Assembly: GCA_964486045.1 (NCBI GenBank)
Contig: CAZALK010000001.1
Coordinates: 32,001 to 96,000, forward strand
DNA: 64,000 nt
Reading direction: 5' to 3'
Source: an uncultured archaeon
GTDB lineage: Archaea > Asgardarchaeota > Lokiarchaeia > Sigyniarchaeales > SOKP01
Numbering within the stretch: the stretch's first letter is position 1; each line of letters begins with the position of its first letter. A program made the position numbers and the translations under genes. Of the stretch, positions 1 to 11,710 are shown piece by piece. The notes under the pieces are model-generated. The model ran no database searches, was not told where the DNA came from, and worked only from the letters and a program-made list of their open reading frames with translations.

Positions 1-196
1 CCCTTGAGTATTTAGTAAATTCTCTATCTTCTTCTTCCGTCATTGGTCCTCCTCCTAAATAGCTTCTTGCTATTTTATTTTGTCTCCTAAATTCATCTTT
101 TACAGCTAATTTTATGATGTCCCTTAAATTCTTCCGTATCCGCCTTAATTTTGGGTCTTTTAGCTTAATAATCCGAACTTTTTTTGATTTCATCAT
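1..196 (-). CDS. Hypothetical protein, 5' part (runs off window start)
   Basis: Manual translation from ATG at 196: MMKSKKVRIIKLKDPKLRRIRKNLRDIIKLAVKDEFRRQNK..., open to position 1. Confidence 0.7.
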   Translation of the reverse strand, partial: MMKSKKVRIIKLKDPKLRRIRKNLRDIIKLAVKDEFRRQNKIARSYLGGGPMTEEEDREFTKYSR

Positions 197-259
197 GATC
201 TACTACGAATGTGGTTATTTAAATTTAATTAGAGATAAAAAAAATATTAATTTTTTAAA

Positions 260-445
260 TTACGGATATCGATTTTCATCTATATATACATTGAGGAACC
301 AATCCCAGAATTCAGGTCTTTTACAACTTGGATTTTTACTTAAGAAAGCTCTGAAGTCTTCGATTTCAGGTAGATATCTGTGATTATACCACTCACGGTA
401 ATACTCATTGAGGAAAAGATCTTCACCTAAAAATTGAGCCCCTTG
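260..445 (-). pseudogene. 5'-truncated remnant of a hypothetical gene
   Basis: Open frame of about 60 codons with no start codon (...AQFLGEDLFLNEYYREWYNHRYLPEIEDFRAFLSKNPSCKRPEFWDWFLNVYIDENRYP*). Confidence 0.5.
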
Positions 446-446
446 A

Positions 447-518
447 ACTGGTCAAAATGTTGAAGAAGCATTCATTAAACTAACAAAACGAATTTTAGAT
501 ATTATTTCAAATCAATAG
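447..518 (+). pseudogene. C-terminal remnant of a Rab-like small GTPase
   Basis: TGQNVEEAFIKLTKRILDIISNQ* matches the post-G5 helix of intact GTPases in this window (LGENIEEAF, TGENIGQAFEQLTRKIL); in-frame stops lie directly upstream. Confidence 0.7.
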
Positions 519-728
519 TAAATTGATTAGAAGTTTTAATCCTTTTCTTCATAATATACAAAAAAATTTTAATTACCCTTTAAATTAGGGGATTTTAGCA
601 TAAGTCTTTTATAAATCTACCACCTTTATAAAGGAAGATTTATTTAAATACAAATAACAAAGGAACCATGCAAAAAAGAACATTTTAGGTTTCTGAATTT
701 TCAAATCACAAATCACGTTAAAATTATT

Positions 729-1394
729 ATGTCAAAAGAAAAAGATTTAAAAGATGAAATGGAAAACGAGGATGTAGAACTAGAAGGTGAAAATGTCTCT
801 GAAACAGACTTAGATTACAAAATAGAAAACGTAGTGGCTACTGTTGTCGTAGAAATAACTGAAAAAATCGATCTTAATCAAATAGCAAGACGCCATGCTG
901 ATGTTGAATATAACCCAGAAAGGTTTCCTGGCTTAGTAATGCGAATAGAAAAGCCTCGAGCAACTATCTTGATTTTTTCAACTGGAAAAATGGTAGTTAC
1001 AGGATTAAGAAAAGCAACAGAAGCTAATAGAGTTGTTGATAAAGTTGTAAAGAATATCAGAAAAGCAGGAATAAAAGTATCAAATCCCGAAATTACTATT
1101 CAGAATATCGTCGCATCTGGAGATTTACACACCAATATTGATTTAAACATGGCGGCCATCGTGATGGAGTATGCGATGTATGAACCAGAGGTTTTCCCCG
1201 GACTTATATATAGAATGCAAGAACCTAAGACCGTATTTTTAATATTTAGCACAGGACGTATAGTCTGTACGGGAGCTAAAAAAAAAGAAATCGTAAGGGA
1301 AGCAGTTTTAAAGTTAAATCAGCAAGTTAGAGAACTAGGAGTAGCAAAAAAAGACATCGCAGATTCTGAGTATCAAGATATAACTTTCGTTTAA
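729..1394 (+). CDS. tbp: TATA-box binding protein
   Basis: Two TBP repeats (ENVVAT...YNPERFPGL...IFSTGKMVVTG / QNIVAS...YEPEVFPGL...IFSTGRIVCTG); acidic N-terminal extension. Confidence 0.98.
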   Translation: MSKEKDLKDEMENEDVELEGENVSETDLDYKIENVVATVVVEITEKIDLNQIARRHADVEYNPERFPGLVMRIEKPRATILIFSTGKMVVTGLRKATEANRVVDKVVKNIRKAGIKVSNPEITIQNIVASGDLHTNIDLNMAAIVMEYAMYEPEVFPGLIYRMQEPKTVFLIFSTGRIVCTGAKKKEIVREAVLKLNQQVRELGVAKKDIADSEYQDITFV

Positions 1395-1498
1395 TTTTTT
1401 TTAATTTTATTACGGTACTCCTTATAGCTGAATAGAAAGTATTGTTTGTTGAATTTTCTTCCCAATAAGAAATATTTGGGGTAGTAAAAAGTTAAAAA

Positions 1499-1837
1499 CT
1501 AGATTCTAATCTTACTGTTAATAGCAGTAATTGAATTAAGATACTCATTATATAGTGCGTTTAGCAATTTGAACTCTTTAGCTTTATTAAACGCTAGTAA
1601 AAATAATTTATTTAATGTTTTTTGATTATTAGTCTCATATACATTATCGTCAAGCTCTAGCTGGTCACTGTGTTGATCAAGGAAATTGCAGAGAATATAT
1701 CTATTTTCAATTCTCATATTAACTTTATTCAATGCCCCATACATCCGTAATATTAAGGGACTTTGAAATTTTATCTTGTTTTGATGTAAGGTTTGGAATT
1801 CCTTAAAAAACGTTTTTCTCTTTAAATATGCCGACAT
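1499..1837 (-). CDS. Hypothetical protein
   Basis: 112-aa ORF with ATG start, no recognised motif. Confidence 0.7.
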   Translation of the reverse strand: MSAYLKRKTFFKEFQTLHQNKIKFQSPLILRMYGALNKVNMRIENRYILCNFLDQHSDQLELDDNVYETNNQKTLNKLFLLAFNKAKEFKLLNALYNEYLNSITAINSKIRI

Positions 1838-1925
1838 AAATAATTAATTTGTAACATCATTATAGAAAAGAAGTATTATTTAGATAATATAAAAAAGTTA
1901 GAATTAAAGGTTTTAATAAGTAAAT

Positions 1926-2573
1926 TTAAAACTGTATATAATAGACATCCTGATTCGAGCTATATCCAACAATTTTATTTTTAACTAATGTTTTAAGTAC
2001 AGTGTTTAACCATTTTTTACTGGTATTGACTTTACTTTTAATTTCATCAAAACTAAGTGCGTCATTTATGGCTAACAAAAATAATATCTTGCTTTTTACT
2101 GGTAAATGATTCGATTTTGCTATTGCTCCAAATTTTACTTCATAATCATATTCTTTCGTTCTTAATTGGGCAACTTCATTACTAAGTTTTGACATAACTG
2201 CTTCTGTAGTTCGATAAGCATCTAAACTACTATTAAACAAAGTCTCTAACCTACTTTTTAATTTTTCTTCATTCATATCTTTGTCTAATTCTTTGTTGAA
2301 TTCCTCAAGAAGTGATGAATTGGGGGGTATGAAATCGTTCCCCATGTCATATCTACCTAACGCTAAAACAAGAATCATCTCTTTATTATCATTATAATAC
2401 GAAACAGAGTTCCATTCCTTCTCTTCAGAAATAATGTATGATTCAGTAAAATTATGGGAGATAGTTATCTGTTGCACAATTGGATCCGGAATTTCTAAGG
2501 TTTCTGGGAATCTCATGTAAATAGTTCCACCAATTACCTCATCCCACTTGATTAAAAAGATACCCGTTGGCAT
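1926..2573 (-). CDS. Putative longin/uDENN-like domain protein with coiled coil and C-terminal winged HTH
   Basis: N-terminal GIFLIKWDEVIGGTIYMRFP resembles the uDENN/longin start pattern; C-terminal KILFLL..LSFDEI..LNTVLKTLVKNKIV..YYI fits a winged helix. Confidence 0.55.
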   Translation of the reverse strand: MPTGIFLIKWDEVIGGTIYMRFPETLEIPDPIVQQITISHNFTESYIISEEKEWNSVSYYNDNKEMILVLALGRYDMGNDFIPPNSSLLEEFNKELDKDMNEEKLKSRLETLFNSSLDAYRTTEAVMSKLSNEVAQLRTKEYDYEVKFGAIAKSNHLPVKSKILFLLAINDALSFDEIKSKVNTSKKWLNTVLKTLVKNKIVGYSSNQDVYYIQF

Positions 2574-2777
2574 TATTTTTATATTCTTGTTATTATCGGA
2601 TTGGGTACTGTACCAGAAAAAATGACCTTATTAATAAAATAATATCGTTGACCAATAAAAATTTAGTTGTTCTTAGCTTAAGTAATCCATTATAATCATG
2701 TTTTATTATTTCTAAATTTGAACCGTTATAATTAAAATCCGATCAATATGAATAACAAAAAAAATAAATAAAACAAG

Positions 2778-3077
2778 ATGGATCTATCACTTAGTGAGAA
2801 ATATTTGAGTGTCTTTTACGTTTATATTTTCGAAAAAACCTCGAAGAATGGAGAAAAGAGATATTATACAGGATATACCAATAATCTCTATAGAAGAAGG
2901 AAAGAACATCGAAGTGGGAAGGGTGCAAAATTCTTTCTAGGAAAAAAATACCTTGATTTGAAATATTTTGAGACATACACAACGAGAAAGGAAGCAATTA
3001 ATCGAGAATTAGAAATTAAAACTTTTTCAAGAAAACAAAAAAGAGAGTTAATAAAAAGTTCTATATTTAATGATTAA
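2778..3077 (+). CDS. GIY-YIG nuclease family protein (UPF0213-like)
   Basis: YVYI...YYTGYTNNLYRRRKEHRSGKGAKF...EAINRELEIK. Confidence 0.9.
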   Translation: MDLSLSEKYLSVFYVYIFEKTSKNGEKRYYTGYTNNLYRRRKEHRSGKGAKFFLGKKYLDLKYFETYTTRKEAINRELEIKTFSRKQKRELIKSSIFND

Positions 3078-3089
3078 CTGAGATTAACG

Positions 3090-3902
3090 TTGGGAAACAA
3101 AAACTTTTTAATTTGTTTAACAGGACTACCAGCATCAGGAAAAACTACTTTTGCTAATAGGCTTAAACTTATATTACAAAATAGATTCGTAAATATTACT
3201 ACTATAATTGTAGATCCAGATGTAATCCGCCAAACAATAGCACCGAATAAATTTAATTATAAACTTGAACCTGTTGTTAGAAAACAAAATTTAACAGAAG
3301 TAGAAAAGGAATTAACAAAAGGTAATGTGGTTATTAGCGATGATTTGAATTATTATTCAAGTATGAGACACGATTTAAAGAACATTGCTGATGATCTTAA
3401 CGTTACTTTTTACATTATTCATATTTCTACTCCTTTAAAAACTTGTTTGGGTTGGAATAAAAAGAGAAGAACACCTATTCCAAGAAAAATTATTGAAAGG
3501 ATTCATAAGAAATTCGATGATTTTGGAAAATACAAGTGGGATTATCCGATTGGGAAATTTGATATCTCTCAAATTAAAGATCTAGATAAAGAAATGGAAT
3601 ATTTAGTGAATGAATTGACAAAAGAAGTAAGTGTATCAAAAGTGATATTTGAAGAAAAAAAAGATTTAAGATATTCACAAAATTGGGATAATCAAAACTT
3701 AGACAAAATAACGAGAATTTATGTGGGAAAACTTTTAGGAAACCCTAAGCTTACTCCGTTGAAAAAAAAAATTATAAAAACAAGGAAGCTATTTGTAAAA
3801 GTTTATAAAAACAAAGCTCAAAAGGAACTTGAAATTGCCACGTCTTTCAAAGACTATCTAGAAAAGAGCCTAAACATTAAAATCTCTGATGAGTTCCTGT
3901 AA
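3090..3902 (+). CDS. pstK: O-phosphoseryl-tRNA(Sec) kinase (PSTK/KTI12 family)
   Basis: P-loop GLPASGKT, D-x-I-R, DDLNYYSSMRHDL and KFD..GKYKWD.P motifs typical of archaeal PSTK. Confidence 0.85.
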   Translation: MGNKNFLICLTGLPASGKTTFANRLKLILQNRFVNITTIIVDPDVIRQTIAPNKFNYKLEPVVRKQNLTEVEKELTKGNVVISDDLNYYSSMRHDLKNIADDLNVTFYIIHISTPLKTCLGWNKKRRTPIPRKIIERIHKKFDDFGKYKWDYPIGKFDISQIKDLDKEMEYLVNELTKEVSVSKVIFEEKKDLRYSQNWDNQNLDKITRIYVGKLLGNPKLTPLKKKIIKTRKLFVKVYKNKAQKELEIATSFKDYLEKSLNIKISDEFL

Positions 3903-3976
3903 AAATATATTATAAAAATTAAAGCAAAAGAAAATAAAGCATAATTAATTTAAATAGTAGTGTTTAGATATTTTAA

Positions 3977-6277
<2,301 letters not shown>

Positions 6278-6366
6278 TTAAGAATTAAGTTAACTCTTTA
6301 CGTTTCTATTTTTTTGATTATCCAAACTCTATTATTCAGTTTTAATATTCATTAGAAGTATTATTT

Positions 6367-6879
6367 TTATAAATTACAATAACTCATTTTTGTTTCGTCA
6401 TTGAATTCAAATGCTGAACTATTTTTATCAATAATAAATCCAAATTTTTTAAATGGTAAAAAAGATATGTTTTCAAAAGGTTTATTCCCTGAAGGTTTTA
6501 AAGAAATCCCAACTTCTATGCGATTATAACCGTTATCATTACAAAAATCTATTAGTTGTTTTATCATTAATGTAGCAATGCCTTTATTTCGATAGTCCTT
6601 TAGAATAAGAAGACACCCAATTATTATTGTTGTTTCAAATCTCTCATTTGATTTACAAGTTGGAATACATATTTTTTTGGCGTATTTTTTCGGTAAAAAT
6701 ACTAATTGTCCGATTAAAATGTTTCCTTCATATGCAAGAAATCCAATTTCACGGACTTCATCATAAATATCTAACCACATATTGCATTTAAAAACTCTAT
6801 TTTTAACATCAAACATGCAGCACGCTACTGGTTTTTCTAATCCCTCCGCAATTTGGTTTCTAGAAATTATCTCAATCAT
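6367..6879 (-). CDS. GNAT family acetyltransferase (YoaP-like N-terminal half)
   Basis: IGCLLILKDYRNKGIATLMI acetyl-CoA motif A; FKKFGF C-terminal motif. Confidence 0.85.
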   Translation of the reverse strand: MIEIISRNQIAEGLEKPVACCMFDVKNRVFKCNMWLDIYDEVREIGFLAYEGNILIGQLVFLPKKYAKKICIPTCKSNERFETTIIIGCLLILKDYRNKGIATLMIKQLIDFCNDNGYNRIEVGISLKPSGNKPFENISFLPFKKFGFIIDKNSSAFEFNDETKMSYCNL

Positions 6880-6880
6880 T

Positions 6881-7204
6881 TTAGCACGTTTTTAATTCCG
6901 ATAATATTTGTTTTTCAATATTTTCAATATGCTTTGGCCAACTATTAAGGGGTATCCTTTCTCCATTAACAAATACATTACTATATACGCTACATGCCCT
7001 TTTGTAGCTTCTCCATTCTTTTATAAGAATTGCAATATACTCTGGCAAATTATCAGTATCATCATCAATTTCCCACAAATTATATGTATCAAGAGATAGG
7101 TTATACTTATTACATACATCACTTAGGATCCTAAAATCTCTATCACATAAACAAAAGGGATTTATCAATAATTCAATCTTTATTTCGTTTCTTTTAATAC
7201 TCAA
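6881..7204 (-). CDS. Small thioredoxin-like fold protein, coupled to the GNAT gene
   Basis: NPFCLC near the N-terminus and VFVNGERI near the C-terminus; 1-bp gap to the GNAT gene. Confidence 0.55.
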   Translation of the reverse strand: MSIKRNEIKIELLINPFCLCDRDFRILSDVCNKYNLSLDTYNLWEIDDDTDNLPEYIAILIKEWRSYKRACSVYSNVFVNGERIPLNSWPKHIENIEKQILSELKTC

Positions 7205-7245
7205 CTCAACTTTACTTTACTTTGATTTTTTTTTTTGTATTAATC

Positions 7246-7583
7246 CTATTTTGGGAGTAGAAATTCGGATATCTCTTTTCCAATCAAAGTTATTGCTTTC
7301 TTACTAGTGACTGAAGCTGCTATTTCGAATTTATATCCATCTATTGCATCAGCATATAATGTCAAACGTCTTGCAAAATAGTTGATTCCTTCTTCAAAGT
7401 TATCTTCTTCTACTTCGAATATGCCTGCACCTTTTAATCCATATTTAGTTGCCCAAGTTTCCCAGGGTGTTACTGGTTTTATTATTGGGGGGAAAGGAAA
7501 CACTTTCTCAACCTCTAGAAATCTTTACCAACTTCATCACTTTTCTCGACAGGATACCATACATTTATAAAAATTTTTATCAT
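7246..7583 (-). pseudogene. Hypothetical protein with one frameshift near 7525 (or sequencing error)
   Basis: ATG 7583 gives MIKIFINVWYPVEKSDEVGK; adding one base to the run at 7524-7526 continues into RFLEVEKVFPFPPIIKP... of the 7246-7503 ORF. Confidence 0.7.
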
Positions 7584-7626
7584 TTTACAAACCTATTTTT
7601 TACTTAGGGATTTTTTAATATTTAAC

Positions 7627-8778
7627 TTATATATTTTTAACGAATTTCTCAATTCGATCCATAGCTTCCTCAAGTTTCCTCAATTCAGTAGCATAGGAGA
7701 TTCTAATCATGTCATCTGAAAAGGATCCAAAAATTGAACCAGGCACAATGGCTACAGCATATTCCTTCATAATATTCTGTGAAAATTTTGTACCATTTAT
7801 ATTAAACTTCTTGGTTGATGGCATGATATAAAAAGCCCCAAGAGGCTTAACAACATCAAATCCAATTTCTCGTAATCTATTATAAACGAATAAACGTCGC
7901 GTATTAAAGCTTTCCCATATCTTATTGAAAAATTCTATATCCATTTTCAAAGCTTCAATGAATCCATACTGAGCAGCGTGATTCGTTCCTGCGACAGTAT
8001 ATTGGTGATATTTTTCCATTAATTCAATAATTTGTTTTGAGGCAACAACATAACCTAATCGAAATCCTGTGGCGGAGAATAGTTTCGACATTGCATTAAC
8101 AGTTATTGTTCGTTCAAACATTCCATTTAGGGAAGCTGGACTTGTATGCCTTAATCCTTCAAATATATAGTTTTCATAAACTTCATCAGTAATTAAGTAT
8201 AAATCGTGTTCGTTTACGATATCTACGATTTCCTTTAATTCCTTCATTTTTAAGGCATAACCGGTAGGATTATTAGGGGAATTTATAAGTATTGCTTTTG
8301 TTTTATCTGTTATTGAGTTCTTTATCACTTCGATATTAGGTGAAAAATCTTCCATCCTTTTTACTTCAATAACTCTTACACCAAAAAAAAGTCCACAGTA
8401 AAAATAAGACACAAAATTGGGAGAAGAAATGATAATTTCATCTCCAGGATTAAATATTGAAGCGTAAGCCAGGGTGATTGCCTGACTACCCCCATTTGTG
8501 AGCATAATATTTTCATCCCATTTAGCTTGAATATTATTTGATTTTCTAAGTTTATTTTCTATTAGTTTTAATAATTCGGGCACCCCTCTTGTAGGGGCAT
8601 ATTTTGTAATCTTTTTATTCAAAGCTTTGATATTCCCTTGTATAATTATGTCAGGAGTTTGAAAATCTGGTTGCCCAATCCCTAAACTAATAACATCTGA
8701 GCGTCCTGAGGCTAGATCAAATAGCTCTCTAATACCGGATTTTGGGACTTTAGAAATTGTATGAGAAATATCTTTCAT
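7627..8778 (-). CDS. PLP-dependent class I/II aminotransferase (aspartate aminotransferase-like)
   Basis: LGIGQPDF, NSPNNPTG, DEVY and SKLFSATGFRLGY motifs. Confidence 0.95.
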   Translation of the reverse strand: MKDISHTISKVPKSGIRELFDLASGRSDVISLGIGQPDFQTPDIIIQGNIKALNKKITKYAPTRGVPELLKLIENKLRKSNNIQAKWDENIMLTNGGSQAITLAYASIFNPGDEIIISSPNFVSYFYCGLFFGVRVIEVKRMEDFSPNIEVIKNSITDKTKAILINSPNNPTGYALKMKELKEIVDIVNEHDLYLITDEVYENYIFEGLRHTSPASLNGMFERTITVNAMSKLFSATGFRLGYVVASKQIIELMEKYHQYTVAGTNHAAQYGFIEALKMDIEFFNKIWESFNTRRLFVYNRLREIGFDVVKPLGAFYIMPSTKKFNINGTKFSQNIMKEYAVAIVPGSIFGSFSDDMIRISYATELRKLEEAMDRIEKFVKNI

Positions 8779-8863
8779 ATCACTATCTCTTTAAAGGAAT
8801 TTCTGAATAAGTTACGATCGAAATAAGATACAAAAAAGAGTTTTTTCAAAGTATTAAAATTTG

Positions 8864-9430
8864 TTAAAGATTCACACCATGATTTCTTAAGATTTGTCGC
8901 ACTAGAAGCAGAAAAGCTTCTTCTATGTTTTCTCCCAATTTTGCACTAGTTTCAATAAAATGACTAGCTTGAATATCATCAGCTAAATCTTTTCCTTTTT
9001 CAGTAGGAACTACCCGTTGATCACTTAAATCAGTTTTGTTTCCTATCAGGATATATACACCTTCTTTTCTAATGTATTTTTTGAAATCTCTCAACCATTT
9101 AGATTTTATGCTGTCAAAAGTATTATAGCGCGTAACGTCATAAACAAGTAGTGCACCTTCACACCCTTGAAAATACATTGATCGAATGACACTATATTTT
9201 TCTTGTCCTGCTAAATCCCACATAATCAATCTGATTTTCGTATTAACATCTTCTCCATCAATATCAACGTCTTTTCTTATGATATTTGCCCCCAGTGTAG
9301 GCTTGTAGTCGTCTAAAAATTGTCCTTCATAGAACTGATTAATTAAAGAGGTCTTACCAACCGCAGCATTGCCCAGAATAACAATTTTAAATACAAATTC
9401 TCGCAATTCCTTAGCTTCTTCAACTGTCAT
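8864..9430 (-). CDS. Rab-like small GTPase
   Basis: G1 GNAAVGKTS, G3 WDLAGQE, G4 NKTD, G5 ETSAK; no C-terminal Cys prenylation motif. Confidence 0.95.
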   Translation of the reverse strand: MTVEEAKELREFVFKIVILGNAAVGKTSLINQFYEGQFLDDYKPTLGANIIRKDVDIDGEDVNTKIRLIMWDLAGQEKYSVIRSMYFQGCEGALLVYDVTRYNTFDSIKSKWLRDFKKYIRKEGVYILIGNKTDLSDQRVVPTEKGKDLADDIQASHFIETSAKLGENIEEAFLLLVRQILRNHGVNL

Positions 9431-9644
9431 TTTGTATTATACAATTTTTCGCTTTAGTATTTAAGGTGTCAATTTTAATAATTTAACTAATTTGTAATTT
9501 GACTTTTATCTTTATAAGATTTTCTTCAATCTGCAATTTTCGATTTAAGAATCTTAATAAATTTTGATTTTTACTCAATTCCAAATTATAAACTGAGATT
9601 TCTTCTATCGATCTAATGCAATTTATATATTGTTGTTTGTCTAT

Positions 9645-10208
9645 TTAATACTTTTTTTCAATTTTCAATTTTAGAATAAAAGTATTATGATCAGGATGAT
9701 CGACATTTTCTTTTTCTCCGTAATGTGAAACCTTAAAATCTGATGGTAATGCTTTTTCTAAAGAATTTACTAAAAATCCTTTGAACATGTCGCATGGAAC
9801 TCCAATCTCAGAACAGAATATGCACTTTTGTATTGAGATCGTAATTAGATCTTTGGAATTCTCTTTAATTTCAACTTTCCAATCTGTGATTATCGTAGAG
9901 TTAATCTCATGAATAATCTCTTCAAAATTTTTCCCATATGGGAACAAATAAAATGAAAATTTCTTCCCAATTTCAAAAAGGAGCATCGAGGAATCAAATA
10001 ATAAACAATTCTGTGCAGAAATGATTTTTTTGAAAGAGAATAAATCTAAAGATTGATCTTGATCTTCTTCTCTAATATTTTTGATATGAAGCATTTCAGC
10101 TTCTCTTAAAATAGATTTCATTCCATCAAAATCAAGAACATCGTGATATGCTTGAAGAAGTGCAGTAATAACCTTAAACTTCACTTCTCCTTTATATTCG
10201 CCAATCAT
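9645..10208 (-). CDS. V4R / Bet3-like fold protein
   Basis: LFEIGKKF helix, ISIQKCIFC and PCDMFKGFL pattern of V4R/HNOX/TRAPP-Bet3 fold proteins. Confidence 0.6.
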   Translation of the reverse strand: MIGEYKGEVKFKVITALLQAYHDVLDFDGMKSILREAEMLHIKNIREEDQDQSLDLFSFKKIISAQNCLLFDSSMLLFEIGKKFSFYLFPYGKNFEEIIHEINSTIITDWKVEIKENSKDLITISIQKCIFCSEIGVPCDMFKGFLVNSLEKALPSDFKVSHYGEKENVDHPDHNTFILKLKIEKKY

Positions 10209-10342
10209 TTCTTCCTTTTTCTTTTGAAATACTTTGTAGTGATAATTTTTAAAAATATAACTTGCTGTTATTTATCATCAAAAACCTAGTACCGCAATTT
10301 TCAATCCATATGATTTTTTATTCATCAAAGCCCACTCATTAT

Positions 10343-10771
10343 TTATAGGTTTAATAACGGTAAATCGAATTTAAGATCGGTTTTGCGATTCAATTTTTGG
10401 TCGATTTCAAATATAAAAACTTCTCCTGTAATAGAAATTATCGCAGGTTGGAGTAGGTGACCTCCCATAAGTGAAAATTCACTATTCCCGATGGTAATAT
10501 GAAGGTGAATTATTGCCTCATCATTTTTAAATGCGATATTCCCCGTGCATGAAACTAATTCAATGTACTCTTCAAACATCTTACTTTCATAAACTTTAGT
10601 GTCAATATTAAAATACCCAATTGTAAATTTTTTCAGAGCTCCAATACAATTAATAAACCCAGATTGAATCTTATGATTTTTAACCATTGTAATTATAGCT
10701 TCTATTAAATCCTCATTAGGTTCAACTTTCCCCACTATAACACGTCCTATTTTGGCTTCAATACTTCTCAA
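10343..10771 (-). CDS. PPC/DUF296 domain protein
   Basis: IGALK...ELVSCTGNI...HLHITIG...GGHL...TGEV. Confidence 0.92.
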   Translation of the reverse strand: MRSIEAKIGRVIVGKVEPNEDLIEAIITMVKNHKIQSGFINCIGALKKFTIGYFNIDTKVYESKMFEEYIELVSCTGNIAFKNDEAIIHLHITIGNSEFSLMGGHLLQPAIISITGEVFIFEIDQKLNRKTDLKFDLPLLNL

Positions 10772-10800
10772 TTTTTTAACCTTTATTTCTTTCTTTTAGA

Positions 10801-11361
10801 TTATTTTATCGGACCATTAATAATATGATTGTTAATTAACACTTGGATGACTAATTTCTTAAAAGCGTTTTCTACATTATCCCCATTTTTAGCACTTGTC
10901 TCAATAAAATCAATCGCACTTATTTTCCCTGCCACTTCTTTTCCCTTTTCTGTCGATACAACTTTCGAGAGTCCTAAATCCTTTTTATTCCCGATAAGAA
11001 CATAAGCTGGATTTTTCTCGGTAAATTCTTTAAAATCCTTCAACCACTTAATTTCGATACTCTTGAGTGTGGATTGTCTAGTTATGTCATATATAAACAA
11101 CGCACCCATACACCCTTGAAAAAACATTCTACGGGATAGATCATATTTGTCTTGTCCGGCAATATCCCACAGAACTAACCGTATGTTAGCATTTACATCA
11201 TCTAAGATTATATCTTTGGTAAGTATATTAACTCCTAAGGTTGGTTGATAATCGGCTTTAAACCGATGCTGGATGTATTGAGTAATAAGGGAAGTCTTAC
11301 CTACAGCTGGATCTCCTAGTAGAGCTAGCTTTAAAACGAAGTTCTGATGTTTTCCTGACAT
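10801..11361 (-). CDS. Rab-like small GTPase
   Basis: GDPAVGKTS, WDIAGQD, NKKD, ETSAK. Confidence 0.95.
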   Translation of the reverse strand: MSGKHQNFVLKLALLGDPAVGKTSLITQYIQHRFKADYQPTLGVNILTKDIILDDVNANIRLVLWDIAGQDKYDLSRRMFFQGCMGALFIYDITRQSTLKSIEIKWLKDFKEFTEKNPAYVLIGNKKDLGLSKVVSTEKGKEVAGKISAIDFIETSAKNGDNVENAFKKLVIQVLINNHIINGPIK

Positions 11362-11559
11362 TTTTAATAAACCTTTAATTTATGTTAATTTTTTAATCCT
11401 TTTTCTTTAGTTCCTAATTAATTGATTATACATGCATGATAGATTCAGATTTTTTATATTTGAGCAAAAATAAAACGGCTATTTTTTAGCAGAAAACAAC
11501 CGTAATGGAAATACCATCACATTTTTAAAATTAATTATCCTTAATTATAATATTAACCT

Positions 11560-11710
11560 GGATGTGGATGTTGTGAATGTGTATACTAATTTCTTAAAAT
11601 CAATACAAAAAATATTTACTGTCTCATCTGCAATTATTATTAATTAAATTAATTTCTTTATGAAGTGAATTTTCACAACATTACTCCGCATCCCGCTTCA
11701 TAAATAAAGA
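11560..11710 (+). promoter_or_regulatory. Putative attenuator-like leader of ileS with competing helices
   Basis: 11560-11577 pairs with 11672-11693 (8+10 bp); alternatively 11657-11667 pairs with 11694-11704 (11 bp). Confidence 0.55.
11573..11647 (+). CDS. Putative ileS leader peptide (MNVYTNFLKSIQKIFTVSSAIIIN)
   Basis: GTG 11573 (alternatives 11564, 11579) 6 nt after SD-like GGATGTG at 11560-11566; ATT ATT ATT at 11633-11641; TAA at 11645-11647. Confidence 0.55.
   Translation: MNVYTNFLKSIQKIFTVSSAIIIN

Noticed and set aside
114-383. 89-aa plus-strand ORF from the track
   Set aside because: It overlaps two more protein-like minus-strand frames (196-1 and 445-260); likely a shadow ORF.
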